A stretch of DNA of 64,000 bases from assembly GCA_044376115.1 (NCBI GenBank), contig JBILLK010000009.1, positions 224,001 to 288,000 on the forward strand, written 5' to 3'. The position numbers and the translations under genes are program-made. The notes beneath the pieces were generated by a model. That model had not been told where the DNA came from and made no database searches. It worked only from the letters and a program-made list of their open reading frames with translations. This document shows, piece after piece, positions 9,002-18,465 of this stretch; the stretch's first letter is position 1; every line of letters starts with the position of its first letter. Source of the DNA: Polyangiaceae bacterium (GTDB taxonomy: Bacteria > Myxococcota_A > Polyangia > Polyangiales > Polyangiaceae).

Positions 9002-10936
9002 ATGACTTGGCTGCGCGGTCTTCTGGTTGTGCTTTGTCTCAGCTGTGAGGGGGCCGAAGAGGATTCGCTTCTTCAAGGGAAGGCCTGCAGCGAAGAAGGG
9101 CTCTGCGCTAGCGGCTTTGAGTGTCGGCAAGGGCGCTGTGAACGGCCAGGTGCAGGTGGCGCTGGGAATGGCGGCGCGGCCGGAATGAACCCCGGTGGTG
9201 GCGGCGCCGGCGGCGGTACGGCTGGGTCGGGTGGCACGGCTGGGTCGGGCGGTATGGGAGGTTGCGCCTCAGTGACCGACTGCCCGCCTCCGGCGAACGG
9301 CTGTGAGGTCCCGGTTTGCATCGGCGGTCTCTGCGGCACCAGCGCCTTGCCGCAAGGGGTTGAGGTTGCACAGCAGGTCGACGGCGACTGCAAGGTGCGG
9401 ATTTGTGACGGCGCAGGCGCTGAAGTCGAGCTGCTCGATGACAGCGATCTCCCGGTCGATGCGCAGAGCTGCACCTCCGACGTTTGTTTGAGTGGCGCTC
9501 CAAGCAACCCTCCGGAGAACCTTGGGGTTAGCTGCGGACTTGGCGGCCAGTGTGACGGCATGGGCCAGTGCATCGAGTGCACGTCAGCCAGTGACTGCTC
9601 GATGCTCCCGCCAGATGGGGAGTGCCAATCCCGCGCCTGCGTTGATGGCGTATGCGAGCTCAACTTTGTTCCGCTCGACACGGCGGTGAGTCTCCAGACC
9701 CAAGGTGATTGCAAAGCGGTCGTGTGCGACGGCATGGGTGGGACGGTCGTCATCAATGACGACTCCGACGTTCCCGTGCCTGTGGCCGGCTGTTCGATGG
9801 GCGAGTGCAACGCTGGAACTCCGGCGGAAGTGTTCCGTCCGGTGGGAACGATGTGCAGCGCTGGTACCTGCAACGCTGTGGGGCAGTGCACCGGCTGCAC
9901 GCTACCGGTGGAGTGCGGGCAAGAAAGCTTTTGTGCCGCAAACACCTGCAATGCCGGCGTTTGCGGTACCAGCTTGACCGCCGCAGGTACGCCTTTGCCT
10001 GGGCAGACGGCCGGAGACTGCCGCGAACTCCGATGCGACGGCTTGGGCGCCGCTCAGGAGTTCGCCGACGATAGCGATCTCCCAGCCGATGACGGCAACC
10101 CTTGCACGGATGAAGCTTGCGTGACGGGCAGTGCGCAGCACCCGAACAGTCCGCTCAACGTCGTCTGCCCAGCGGGCTTCTGCGACGGTGCTGGAGCTTG
10201 CCAAGAGTGCAATTCGCCCTCGCAATGCCCAAGCGGTGGACTCTGCGAAGTGGCGCAATGCGCGTCGAATCAGTGCACGCTTGTTGCCGCGCCCGCTGGA
10301 AGTGTCGCTGGAAGCGAGGTCCAAGTCGCTGGGGACTGCCAGGTCACGATTTGCCAGGCAGGGGGGGATCTCGCCACAGTGCCGCAGAACGCAGACCTCC
10401 CGGATGATGACGATGCGTGCACCCTCGACGTCTGCGTTGACGGTGAGCCTTCGTTTTCCAACGCTGCAGCAGGAACGCCGTGCCCAGGCGGAACCTGCAT
10501 GGATGGGGATTGCTTGGCGTGCGGCGCGTCGGTACCGCCTACGGGTGGAGCGTGCCCGGCCGCCTGCACAGGCGGCTGTCAGAACGGTATCTGCACCATT
10601 GACTGCACCGCCGCCTCGTCGTGCAACAACACCACCATCAGCTGCCCCGCGGGGTTCGCTTGCAACGTCGTTTGCAATCACAACTCTGCCTGTGTTGGCT
10701 CCACCGTCCTATGCCCGAGCGAGCAAGCCTGCACCGCGCAGTGCCTCAAAGGCTGCAGCGGGCTTGAACTCGTCTGCGGGGCTGTGGGCACCTGCGACAT
10801 CGAGTGTGGCGCAGGCTCCGCTTGCAACAATACCAGCGTGAGTTGTGGTGGAAACGCGTGCACGGCCAGTTGCAGTGGCGCTTCCAAGCCAACGCTGACG
10901 GGCACCGCGAGTTGCGACCTCACCGCTTGCCCCTAG
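9002..10936 (+). CDS. Cys-rich repeat surface lipoprotein
   Basis: Lipobox CLSC, Gly-rich linker, four repeats of about 'Q..GDC....CDG.G.....DDSDLP.D...C....C..G.P', and a Cys-rich C-terminal domain. ATG 9002 is preferred over 8978. Confidence 0.8.
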   Translation: MTWLRGLLVVLCLSCEGAEEDSLLQGKACSEEGLCASGFECRQGRCERPGAGGAGNGGAAGMNPGGGGAGGGTAGSGGTAGSGGMGGCASVTDCPPPANGCEVPVCIGGLCGTSALPQGVEVAQQVDGDCKVRICDGAGAEVELLDDSDLPVDAQSCTSDVCLSGAPSNPPENLGVSCGLGGQCDGMGQCIECTSASDCSMLPPDGECQSRACVDGVCELNFVPLDTAVSLQTQGDCKAVVCDGMGGTVVINDDSDVPVPVAGCSMGECNAGTPAEVFRPVGTMCSAGTCNAVGQCTGCTLPVECGQESFCAANTCNAGVCGTSLTAAGTPLPGQTAGDCRELRCDGLGAAQEFADDSDLPADDGNPCTDEACVTGSAQHPNSPLNVVCPAGFCDGAGACQECNSPSQCPSGGLCEVAQCASNQCTLVAAPAGSVAGSEVQVAGDCQVTICQAGGDLATVPQNADLPDDDDACTLDVCVDGEPSFSNAAAGTPCPGGTCMDGDCLACGASVPPTGGACPAACTGGCQNGICTIDCTAASSCNNTTISCPAGFACNVVCNHNSACVGSTVLCPSEQACTAQCLKGCSGLELVCGAVGTCDIECGAGSACNNTSVSCGGNACTASCSGASKPTLTGTASCDLTACP

Positions 10937-10957
10937 CGTTCGCAGGCGGCGCCTTCG

Positions 10958-11989
10958 CTAAAACGCGCCGCCAATCAAGAGAGCGCAGCCGTCGCCAACA
11001 CAACGGCCCTGCACCTGAACCGCCTCGCTCTCCGCGTTGAACGCGGTGAGGTCCACCACCAAGCCCGTCGCACCTAGCAGCGCGAAGCCCGCAGCGAACC
11101 CAACCGCGACCCGTGCGCCTGTTTGGAAGTCCTGGCGACGTTGCAGGTGGTCCGCCGCCTCCACTTGAATCAACGCCAATCGTGCATCCTCTTCGGCTCC
11201 CGCGCGCGCAAATTCCAGCCCAATCGCGGCGCCGGCGGCTCCGAGCCCAAGGCCGAGCACCGCTAGCGAGGTCGGCAAAAGCCAACCCGGGCGAGAGGCC
11301 GGTACCGGGGCCTTGGCTGGTTCAGGCGTGGGCCTCAAAGCAGGCCCTTCTTGCGGCGGCGGAGCAAGGGCTGGTTCGCTCGCAGCGACCTCCAGTTGCA
11401 GCTCCACCAGCTGAGCTTTGTCGGCTGGGAGCTGAAGTTCAGTCGTTCGATCCTGATGGCCACGCAAGCCCAGCTCAATGACGTGACGCCCAGGCGCAAG
11501 ATCGCCGGTCCACGGGGTTACCCCGACGGCCGCCCCATCCACCAAAACGGTCGCGCCGCGAGGCGTGGTTCGCACGGTGACTTGCTGGACCCCTTTGGCC
11601 GCGAGCTTCTTCTCGAACAACACCACGCGCGCCGCAGTCGACTCACGGTCTTCGGCGGAGGGGGCGCGATAGAGGTACTCGCGCGCCCACGCTAGCGCGG
11701 CCGAATCATCGCCCATCGCCTCATACGCCAACGAGGCGTTGTAGGCGAAGGCAGGGTTCTCGATGATGGCGTCGGCGCGCAAGAACAGCTCAATGGCGTC
11801 CTTGTAGCGCTTCTCGGCGAAGGCCTTCTCGCCGGCCTCGAACTTTTGGAGCGCCAACGTCTTCTTCTCAGCGTCGGTGAGCGTCACCGGCGGTTCGGCT
11901 TCGGCGTTGGTCGTCACGCACAAGCCGAGGCCAACGCAGGTCAAGGTGGTCGCCAAAAGGAGCCCGCGGGCGAAGGGAAGGCGCGTCAT
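10958..11989 (-). CDS. TPR + PEGA domain envelope protein (module 1)
   Basis: Signal peptide, TPR-like helices (FEAGEKAF...AIELFLRA...YNASLAYEAMG), PEGA (VRTTPRGATVLVDG..VGVTP), hydrophobic helices, C-terminal LLIGGAF. Confidence 0.82.
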   Translation of the reverse strand: MTRLPFARGLLLATTLTCVGLGLCVTTNAEAEPPVTLTDAEKKTLALQKFEAGEKAFAEKRYKDAIELFLRADAIIENPAFAYNASLAYEAMGDDSAALAWAREYLYRAPSAEDRESTAARVVLFEKKLAAKGVQQVTVRTTPRGATVLVDGAAVGVTPWTGDLAPGRHVIELGLRGHQDRTTELQLPADKAQLVELQLEVAASEPALAPPPQEGPALRPTPEPAKAPVPASRPGWLLPTSLAVLGLGLGAAGAAIGLEFARAGAEEDARLALIQVEAADHLQRRQDFQTGARVAVGFAAGFALLGATGLVVDLTAFNAESEAVQVQGRCVGDGCALLIGGAF

Positions 11990-13474
11990 TTAGAACGTTG
12001 GTCTCTTGAGCGTAGGAGCGGTACTTGGGCTCGGTTTCGGAAGGGCGGCTGACGGCGCCGCTTTCGGTAGTGGCGCCCTCTGCGTGCTCTGCGACGGCTC
12101 TGCGCTTTTGGCAGAGACCGGCCGAGTGCTCGCTGTCACGCTCGCCGCGGGCTCGGGTGTCACGCTGGGGGTAGAGAGCCCCGTGTGGCTTGCCCCAGAG
12201 GCGCTCGGCAGCTCGCTCGTTGGGGCGGTTGCGACTTGCGGTGGGTCGGCTCGGTTCAGATACACAGCCGCGCCTATCCCTACGGCCCCAACGGCCAGCA
12301 ACGCGACCGCGTAGGGCAGCTTGGACGGGGTCGGCGCGGGGAGGGCCGAGGGCCGAGGCTCGTCGACCTCGGCTTCACTCGGCGGAACGGCAATCGGCGC
12401 GATTAGGCCTGTCATCGCCTGCGCGGTTTCGGGGTGACTGCCGCGCCTTCGCAGCCAGACCGAATCAAGCGAGGCCGAGCAGATGTCCTCGGTGACCCCG
12501 TTTGCCATGAGCCACTCGGCCAGGGCGACTCCCATCGTCCGAATGCTCTCCCAGCGTTTGTCAGGCTCCTTCTCAAGACCCTTCTCTAGGATTTGCCACA
12601 ACCCCGCGTCGACCGTGCCGTTGTCGAGCAGTGATGTCGGCGCCTTCTGAATGATTGCGCGAAGGAGCGCGAGTTGGTTGGGTTCGCGAAAGGGCAGATC
12701 CCCAGCGAGGAGCTCATACAAGACCACCGAAAATGACCAGATGTCGGAGCGCGCGTCGACGTCGGCGCCCGCGGCTTGTTCGGGGGATAAGTAGCCCGGG
12801 CTGCCCATCACCACGCCCTGGCCAGTAATGCGATCCGAGTCGGCCATCTCGATCTTCGCGATACCGAAGTCGATCAACTTCGGCTGCACGCCATCGTGCT
12901 CGAGTTTGGCCAGGAAGATATTGTCGGGCTTGAGATCGCGGTGCACGATTTTCTTCTCGTGAGCGGCGGCGAGCGCGTGCGCAATGGGCAGCAAAAGGCG
13001 AACCGCCTCCGTCGGGGGAAGCTTGCCTTCACGCTCGATTCGCGCGCCGAGGTCCTCTCCGTTGAGGGCCTCCATGACCAGGAATGGATGGCCCAGGTCG
13101 GTGCTACCGAAGTCGGTGACGCGAACGATCGCTGGGTGGTCGATGCGCGCCGCTGCTCGGGCCTCCTGCAGGACACGCTCGGTAGCGACGTCTTGTCTCC
13201 CGCCTGGCCTCACGACCTTGATGGCGACCTTGATGTCGAGAGCCGTATTGTGAGCGAGCCAAACCGAGCCCATTCCGCCGCTGCCCAAGCAGCGCTTGAG
13301 TTTGTACTTCCCGCCGAGCACCTGGCCGGCGTCCAACTCCTCGATCGGCTGCCCAAACAGCCTCGATTGGCGCCCACTGGGCTCCACTGCCATATCTCCC
13401 GACGAGACCGTCCGCTGCCGTCGGCTAGACGGTTCCTGATCCGGAGGCGGCTGGGTGGGGAGATCAGAACGCAA
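11990..13474 (-). CDS. Membrane Hanks-type Ser/Thr protein kinase (module 1)
   Basis: GSGGMGSV, VAIK, HRDLKPDN, DFG, GSPGYLSPEQ; TM helix and Pro/Ser/Ala-rich tail. Start uncertain. Confidence 0.92.
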   Translation of the reverse strand: MRSDLPTQPPPDQEPSSRRQRTVSSGDMAVEPSGRQSRLFGQPIEELDAGQVLGGKYKLKRCLGSGGMGSVWLAHNTALDIKVAIKVVRPGGRQDVATERVLQEARAAARIDHPAIVRVTDFGSTDLGHPFLVMEALNGEDLGARIEREGKLPPTEAVRLLLPIAHALAAAHEKKIVHRDLKPDNIFLAKLEHDGVQPKLIDFGIAKIEMADSDRITGQGVVMGSPGYLSPEQAAGADVDARSDIWSFSVVLYELLAGDLPFREPNQLALLRAIIQKAPTSLLDNGTVDAGLWQILEKGLEKEPDKRWESIRTMGVALAEWLMANGVTEDICSASLDSVWLRRRGSHPETAQAMTGLIAPIAVPPSEAEVDEPRPSALPAPTPSKLPYAVALLAVGAVGIGAAVYLNRADPPQVATAPTSELPSASGASHTGLSTPSVTPEPAASVTASTRPVSAKSAEPSQSTQRAPLPKAAPSAALPKPSPSTAPTLKRPTF

Positions 13475-13597
13475 TCTTTACAAGCTAGTTCTGCCGACCC
13501 CTAGAGCGCAACCGTTGCTCACAACGGTACCGCAGGGGCGACGTGGGGCTGGGCGCCGTTGTGGGCGGTCAACAAAGCGGCTGGTAAGTAAAGTTAC

Positions 13598-14026
13598 CTA
13601 TTGCAAGCGCAGGTGTTGCAGCATCGTGTGCATCCACTGGTCACAAGCTGCTGCCTGGGCGAGCCGGCAGGAGGCAAGATAGCTAATGCGTGTTTGCTCA
13701 ATCACGCAGTGAAACTCGTGCACGAAGAGCGGGCCGCGTTCTTTGTCGACGAAGGTAACCCTCGCCTCGACGCCAACGATCTCGGGGAATTCACGCTCGA
13801 CCAACGAGGCCAGCTCAAAGCCTCGCAGGGACCGCCTGCGTTCAGCGATGCTCGCGTCGACCGCCGAGCCCAAGGTCGCGTTGGGCGTGAGCCGCGCGCG
13901 CTCAATCACGAGCTGGAGCTCGGTTCCCTCGACGGTGACGATCTCGAGGCACTGCCGCGTCTGGTCCAAGAGCGTATGCACGTTGGGCAGCTGCAGAACC
14001 GCTTCATTGCAGTAGTACGGAATCAT
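13598..14026 (-). CDS. DUF1795/DcrB (Eag-type) T6SS chaperone-like protein
   Basis: N-terminal 'Y.CNEAVLQLP....LDQT', 'LQLVIER', about 140 aa, last gene of a vgrG operon; pattern resembles Eag chaperones. ATGA overlap with the upstream gene. Confidence 0.7.
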   Translation of the reverse strand: MIPYYCNEAVLQLPNVHTLLDQTRQCLEIVTVEGTELQLVIERARLTPNATLGSAVDASIAERRRSLRGFELASLVEREFPEIVGVEARVTFVDKERGPLFVHEFHCVIEQTRISYLASCRLAQAAACDQWMHTMLQHLRLQ

Positions 14027-14940
14027 CCTGGGCCTTGGTTGGAAGAGGGGGCGCTCGAGCCGAGCTTCACGATGGCGCCGTCGAAGCCTGCGGCAAAGGC
14101 TGGGGAGGTTGTCGTCATCACGAGTTGGTTATCGGTGCCGAGCGCGGACAACCCAGCGAGTGCACGTGCTGGCTCGAGCCCGTGAAGCTCCGGCCGGTCG
14201 ATCAGGATGACTGACCCCGAAAGTCCGACGAGCGCAGCGGTTGCCGCGAACATGACTGCGTCGGCCTCGCTGGCCGAGAGCTCGCTGAGGTTTCGCAGCG
14301 GTCGCCCTCGCGAGGTGAGCCGGTTCAGGTTGTGATCGTAGCTGCAGCTCCCGGAAAGCCGCTCCAAAATACCGCTGAAACGCGCGGCTTTGCTCGGCTC
14401 GTCCGGCAGCTCAGCCAAGAACGAAGGGACCCATGAACACTTGCGGGGACCGGGGAAGGTGCGTAGAAACAGCTGATCCTCCTCGTCGAGCGAGTTTCCT
14501 CCTCCTCCAACGTCGAGCCGACGCTGCTCCGAGAAGTATTCGAACTTTGGGGTTTCGTCGTCGTGGCCGTAGCGCTCCATCAGGTAGCGCATGCGTGCAT
14601 CCACCTCGTCCTCTTCGTCGTCACGGAAGATGACCTCGGTCGGCACGATCGGGCTCGCAGCGCCGATGGTGGCCTGCTCATCGCTCGTCAGCTGCCACGA
14701 GAGAATCACTTTGCAACTCTGATTCTCCGGCCGAATGAAGGACTCCTCTTCGATCGACCGCTCGCCGATCGCCAACAGGGAACGGGCGGCGATGATCAGC
14801 TCGAGGAAGCGCGTTTTGCCGCTGCCGGGACCGCCCAAGATGAGCACGCGGTCATGGGCTAACTCGGGCCCCTTGGCGAAGCTGTAGGTCCCGTTGGCGA
14901 CGCCCAATACATCGATCGTCGTTACGCTAAAGAGCTTCAC
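14023..14940 (-). CDS. Degenerate ABC/AAA_21-type ATPase-like protein B
   Basis: Walker A GGPGSGKT, signature-like ELSASE, Walker B ILIDRPELH (E to R), H-loop MTTTSP with no His. GTG 14940 overlaps the upstream TGA and has GGAG upstream. Confidence 0.75.
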   Translation of the reverse strand: MKLFSVTTIDVLGVANGTYSFAKGPELAHDRVLILGGPGSGKTRFLELIIAARSLLAIGERSIEEESFIRPENQSCKVILSWQLTSDEQATIGAASPIVPTEVIFRDDEEDEVDARMRYLMERYGHDDETPKFEYFSEQRRLDVGGGGNSLDEEDQLFLRTFPGPRKCSWVPSFLAELPDEPSKAARFSGILERLSGSCSYDHNLNRLTSRGRPLRNLSELSASEADAVMFAATAALVGLSGSVILIDRPELHGLEPARALAGLSALGTDNQLVMTTTSPAFAAGFDGAIVKLGSSAPSSNQGPG

Positions 14941-15911
14941 GAGGGACTCCAAGAAGGACGCGTCGACGGCCGCGTGAGATTCTCGCCGCGTCCGAGCGAG
15001 ATGAGCTGCGAGCGTTGCACCGAGGCCGCTAGCCCCTCGTCATTGGTGGCAACGACCCATTGGTTGTTCTCGCCCAAACGAGCGAGCGACTGCACCCACG
15101 CAACCAGCCTGTCCGAAGGTACGTAGAGCTCGGGTCGATCGAGGATGATGATCGAGTGGTTCAAGCCGATCATCGCGGCGGTCGCGGCGATGATCACCAC
15201 GTCTGCCTCGGAGCTCGAGAGCTCGGCGAAGCGAAGCACGTCGCCGCTCTGGTTCTGAAAGCAAGCCGTTGCATCGCCGGTGCGGGCCGCCGGTTTGTAA
15301 CGGAGCGAAGGAGAGAGCAGCTCGAGGCCATGTGCAAAGTTGCGACTGCGAGCGGCGTCCTGCCGCAGCTCACCAAGAAAGCGCGGCACACAGCTGTACT
15401 TCTGCGGGTCTTTCGAACAACGCAGGAGCGCCTGCTCCACCTCGCTCGTGTTGTCTTCGCGAGCTCCCCACGCGCGCTGTCGAGCCTCGGAGAAGTATTC
15501 ACGCTTACCGTGCGCAGGGTCGTGATCGTACCGAGCGAGCCTACGGCTGACGGCGCGGTCCACCTCCACGCCAAGTCGTTTGCTGCCAAACTGAACGGCG
15601 GCTCTCGCCGTCTTGCCAATTCCAGCTCCCGCGCCCTCGGGCTCGAGCCCTTCGTCCAGCCAAAGCTCGAGTTCGACGCGCGCGTCGCTGCTCGCATCGT
15701 GCACCCAATCCGAGGACTGCACGATGCCCTGGTATCCGCCAGCGGCCTCAAACACGGCAAGCATCAGCTCGCATAGCCGCGTCTTGCCTGACGCTGGCGG
15801 CCCCGAAATCACGATCAGATCGTGCGGCCGACCCGTCGTCGCCGACATGAAGTCACATTCGATATCTGGGAGTGACGCCACTCCGCGCGAGGCCAGCCGG
15901 GATACTTTCAT
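14937..15911 (-). CDS. Degenerate ABC/AAA_21-type ATPase-like protein A
   Basis: SMC/RecF-like start MKVSRL, Walker A GPPASGKT, ELSSSE, IILDRPELY (E to R), VVATND with no His; starts 6 nt after the vgrG2 stop. Confidence 0.75.
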   Translation of the reverse strand: MKVSRLASRGVASLPDIECDFMSATTGRPHDLIVISGPPASGKTRLCELMLAVFEAAGGYQGIVQSSDWVHDASSDARVELELWLDEGLEPEGAGAGIGKTARAAVQFGSKRLGVEVDRAVSRRLARYDHDPAHGKREYFSEARQRAWGAREDNTSEVEQALLRCSKDPQKYSCVPRFLGELRQDAARSRNFAHGLELLSPSLRYKPAARTGDATACFQNQSGDVLRFAELSSSEADVVIIAATAAMIGLNHSIIILDRPELYVPSDRLVAWVQSLARLGENNQWVVATNDEGLAASVQRSQLISLGRGENLTRPSTRPSWSPS

Positions 15912-15917
15912 AGGAGA

Positions 15918-17801
15918 TCAGTGTTCATCGATCAGGATCTTGTTCGCCTTGAGCACAATCGTGTCCTTATCCATGTAGATGAAGGACTTGCCAACCGAAA
16001 GGCTGGTGTTCTCATCGCCGATGATCGAATGCGTCTTGGCTTGCGAGAGCATGTTGCCAAGCGTCTTGAGTAGGCGCTCTTTGCCGACGACCGAGACGAG
16101 GTTTTCAACCACCTGCATCAGCTTGTCTTTGCCGACCCACTCGCGCTGGTTTTCGCCGATACGCTCCTCGTCGTCATTGCCGATCTCCATGCGGCGGTCA
16201 TTTCCGACCGATAGCTCTTTGTCGTTGTTGACGCGGGTCTTCATGTCCTTCTCGGCGCGGCTCTCGACGAGCTCGCTGCCGGCGGTATCGACGAAGCGCA
16301 GCAGGTTGTAGCCGCCGGTATCGGGCACGCTCTTGCTGCGGAAGCCGCTCTCATTCTTGGCCGCAGGCAAAGCGAATGGGGGCCGGCGCAGGTTGGTGAA
16401 GATGCGCCCAACGATCACGGGCTCCTCGGGGTTACCACCGAGGAAGGTAACCAGCACCTCCTGCCCGATTCGCGGCAGGTTCACCATACCGAAGCCCTCG
16501 CCCGCCCACGGTTGGTTCACAGGCACCCAGCAGGAGGAGAGCTCGTCCATCTTGCCGTAGCGGTCCCAGTGAAACTGGACGCGCACTCGGCCGAACTCGT
16601 CGCAGTGAATCGTCTCACCTGCAGGTCCTACGACAGTGGCGCACTCAACGCCCGAGATGTTGGGTCGCGGTGTGACGCGCTCTGGCTTGAAGGAGGCCTC
16701 ACCGCTCACAGCTTTGGCCGAAATCTGGATACCCGACCCCGAGGTCCCCGAGAGCTCTACATGGGTGAGCAGCAGCTTCTTGAACTTGTCGGTGAGCGGG
16801 TGATTCGCGAGCGAAAGGACGCTGCCCGAGCGCAGCTCGAGGCAATTCGACTGGAAGGAGAAGCGTTGCGAACGCGCCACGCGAACCGCTGCGTCGCGCT
16901 CTGCGATCAGTCGTGCTTCCTCAACGTCGGTACGTACTCGTCCGCGGTCATCCGCGGTGGGCGTGTCCTTCGGACCGTTGTTGCCGAACCTGAACGCGCC
17001 CGGCGTGTAGTTGAAGGACTCGAGTCGTGACTCCAGCGGGTGCTCGCTCGAGTTGGCCTGCGCCAAGAGCGGTTGGTTGGGAAGACGCGGATCGTGATCA
17101 GCGAAGGTCGTGCGCCCTTGCCGCACCGAGCGCTCGGCCCGCAGTCCGGTTGCGTACAGGTGCGGGCCGGCCGTGACCTCCCCGACGTGCTCGAGGGGAG
17201 TGGCCCGCGGGGCTGCTTTTTCGGGGGCGTCGCGCAGCACTACAACCGTCCCGCTGTCGCGTTGCTCCAGCACGAAGCTGATGCCAGCGTCCTCCAGCAG
17301 ACGACTGATAAAGGCGAAGTCGGTCTCCTGGTATTGAACGCGGTACTTCTTCGTCTTGTAGCTGCTCTCGCAAAGCGACTCGTGGGGTAGTCCCCACTCC
17401 TTCAGCAGCGAGGTCACCACCTCGAGGTCGGTCTGCTGCTGGAACACCCGGCAGTTGGTGCGCTGGGTCAGCAGCCACAACGCAGGAACGAGACGGATGC
17501 GATAGGTGGATAGCCCCTTATCCTCCGAGGCAACCTGCTCGATATTCGACACCACCCCGTTCCAACTCGGCGACGGCGTATCCGGCAATGCGAGCGGGTT
17601 CAGCCCGATCCGAAACATCGCTTGCGCTCCCACCGTGGCTTCGAAATCAACGCCGGGGTTCGAGCAGCGAACGAGAAGGTCGACCGAGAACAGCGTGTTG
17701 ACGCCCTCGTTCACCTTGAACTCGCGAACATCGAAGATGTCCGTCGAGTCCACCTGAAGCTCCAGGTTTTGCGGAATATGCGGCAGGTTCTCGGTGCTCA
17801 T
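15918..17801 (-). CDS. vgrG: Type VI secretion spike protein VgrG (copy 2)
   Basis: QYQETDFAFISRLLED.GI, ATVVGP.GETIHCDEFGRVRVQFHWDR, LPRIGQEVLVTFLGGNPEEP, gp5-like beta-helix tail, no effector extension. Start placed at 17801 because ATG 17819 lies inside the sigma54 motif. Confidence 0.95.
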   Translation of the reverse strand: MSTENLPHIPQNLELQVDSTDIFDVREFKVNEGVNTLFSVDLLVRCSNPGVDFEATVGAQAMFRIGLNPLALPDTPSPSWNGVVSNIEQVASEDKGLSTYRIRLVPALWLLTQRTNCRVFQQQTDLEVVTSLLKEWGLPHESLCESSYKTKKYRVQYQETDFAFISRLLEDAGISFVLEQRDSGTVVVLRDAPEKAAPRATPLEHVGEVTAGPHLYATGLRAERSVRQGRTTFADHDPRLPNQPLLAQANSSEHPLESRLESFNYTPGAFRFGNNGPKDTPTADDRGRVRTDVEEARLIAERDAAVRVARSQRFSFQSNCLELRSGSVLSLANHPLTDKFKKLLLTHVELSGTSGSGIQISAKAVSGEASFKPERVTPRPNISGVECATVVGPAGETIHCDEFGRVRVQFHWDRYGKMDELSSCWVPVNQPWAGEGFGMVNLPRIGQEVLVTFLGGNPEEPVIVGRIFTNLRRPPFALPAAKNESGFRSKSVPDTGGYNLLRFVDTAGSELVESRAEKDMKTRVNNDKELSVGNDRRMEIGNDDEERIGENQREWVGKDKLMQVVENLVSVVGKERLLKTLGNMLSQAKTHSIIGDENTSLSVGKSFIYMDKDTIVLKANKILIDEH

Positions 17802-17814
17802 GGGATCGACGGAT

Positions 17815-17830
17815 TGCATACTATGTGCCT
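17815..17830 (-). promoter_or_regulatory. Putative sigma54 (-24/-12) promoter of the vgrG2 operon
   Basis: Minus strand AGGCACATAGTATGCA = GG-N10-GC, 13 nt before the ATG. Confidence 0.6.
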
Positions 17831-17947
17831 CTCAGATCGGAAGTAGGGGCTGTCGTGAGGGGGCTCGTCGCCCTGGGCTCCCAGATTCAGAATTCGTACA
17901 AGTGCGTGCCCGTGCTGAACGACGAGTACACGGCCTGCACAGTGGGC

Positions 17948-18439
17948 TTACGGGAGATTTTTGACCCACTCATCCAGGTGCGGACCCGGGTCCATGATGT
18001 CGCTGCGGCGAAGGTAGGGACCTTTGTTACTGCGTAGCGCGGTGTGGAGGTTGCCCTTCGAATACATCTCTAAGTGCAGCATGTGCCCGCGCGGACCGGA
18101 GGCCTTGAAGCCGGTCATCAACCCAACTTTGCAGATGGGCTGACCCTTCTTCACCGTGGTCCCGCGCCTCGCGCTATTGGTGCTGCCCTTCAGAATCTCG
18201 CCATAACGAACGAGATAAGGCCCGTGCTGGTAGGTCACGTAGTAGGTGCCTAAGTAGAACAGCGTCTCTTCGTGCACCAGCACACCGTCGGAGACAGCGT
18301 AGATCTGCTCGTACGCCGGTTTGATCAGATCGCAGCCGCCGTGCTTCCTTCTGCCTTTGTTGCGGGACGCGCCGAAGCCGCGGCTACCTTTCCAGTCGTC
18401 GCTCGGAGGGGTTTTGAACGGGAAGCAGAAGTCTGCCAT
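17948..18439 (-). CDS. M23-family peptidase, no signal peptide (copy b)
   Basis: HGGCD (HxxxD), 'IYAVSDG', 'VKKGQPICKVG', MLHLE, DP; K/R-rich. Confidence 0.85.
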   Translation of the reverse strand: MADFCFPFKTPPSDDWKGSRGFGASRNKGRRKHGGCDLIKPAYEQIYAVSDGVLVHEETLFYLGTYYVTYQHGPYLVRYGEILKGSTNSARRGTTVKKGQPICKVGLMTGFKASGPRGHMLHLEMYSKGNLHTALRSNKGPYLRRSDIMDPGPHLDEWVKNLP

Positions 18440-18465
18440 TGGGGCTTTCTTTCTCGGCTCGCCAG

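Noticed and set aside
9190..9260. Short tandem DNA repeats (also near 45835-45935 and 63715-63750) as CRISPR or VNTR
   Set aside because: They are in-frame codon repeats of Gly- or Pro-rich linkers with no repeat-spacer structure.
14023..15911. ATPase pair as a known defence system (Septu, PARIS, Gabija, AbiE)
   Set aside because: No HNH, TOPRIM, helicase or nucleotidyltransferase partner; catalytic residues are altered; the genes are coupled to vgrG.
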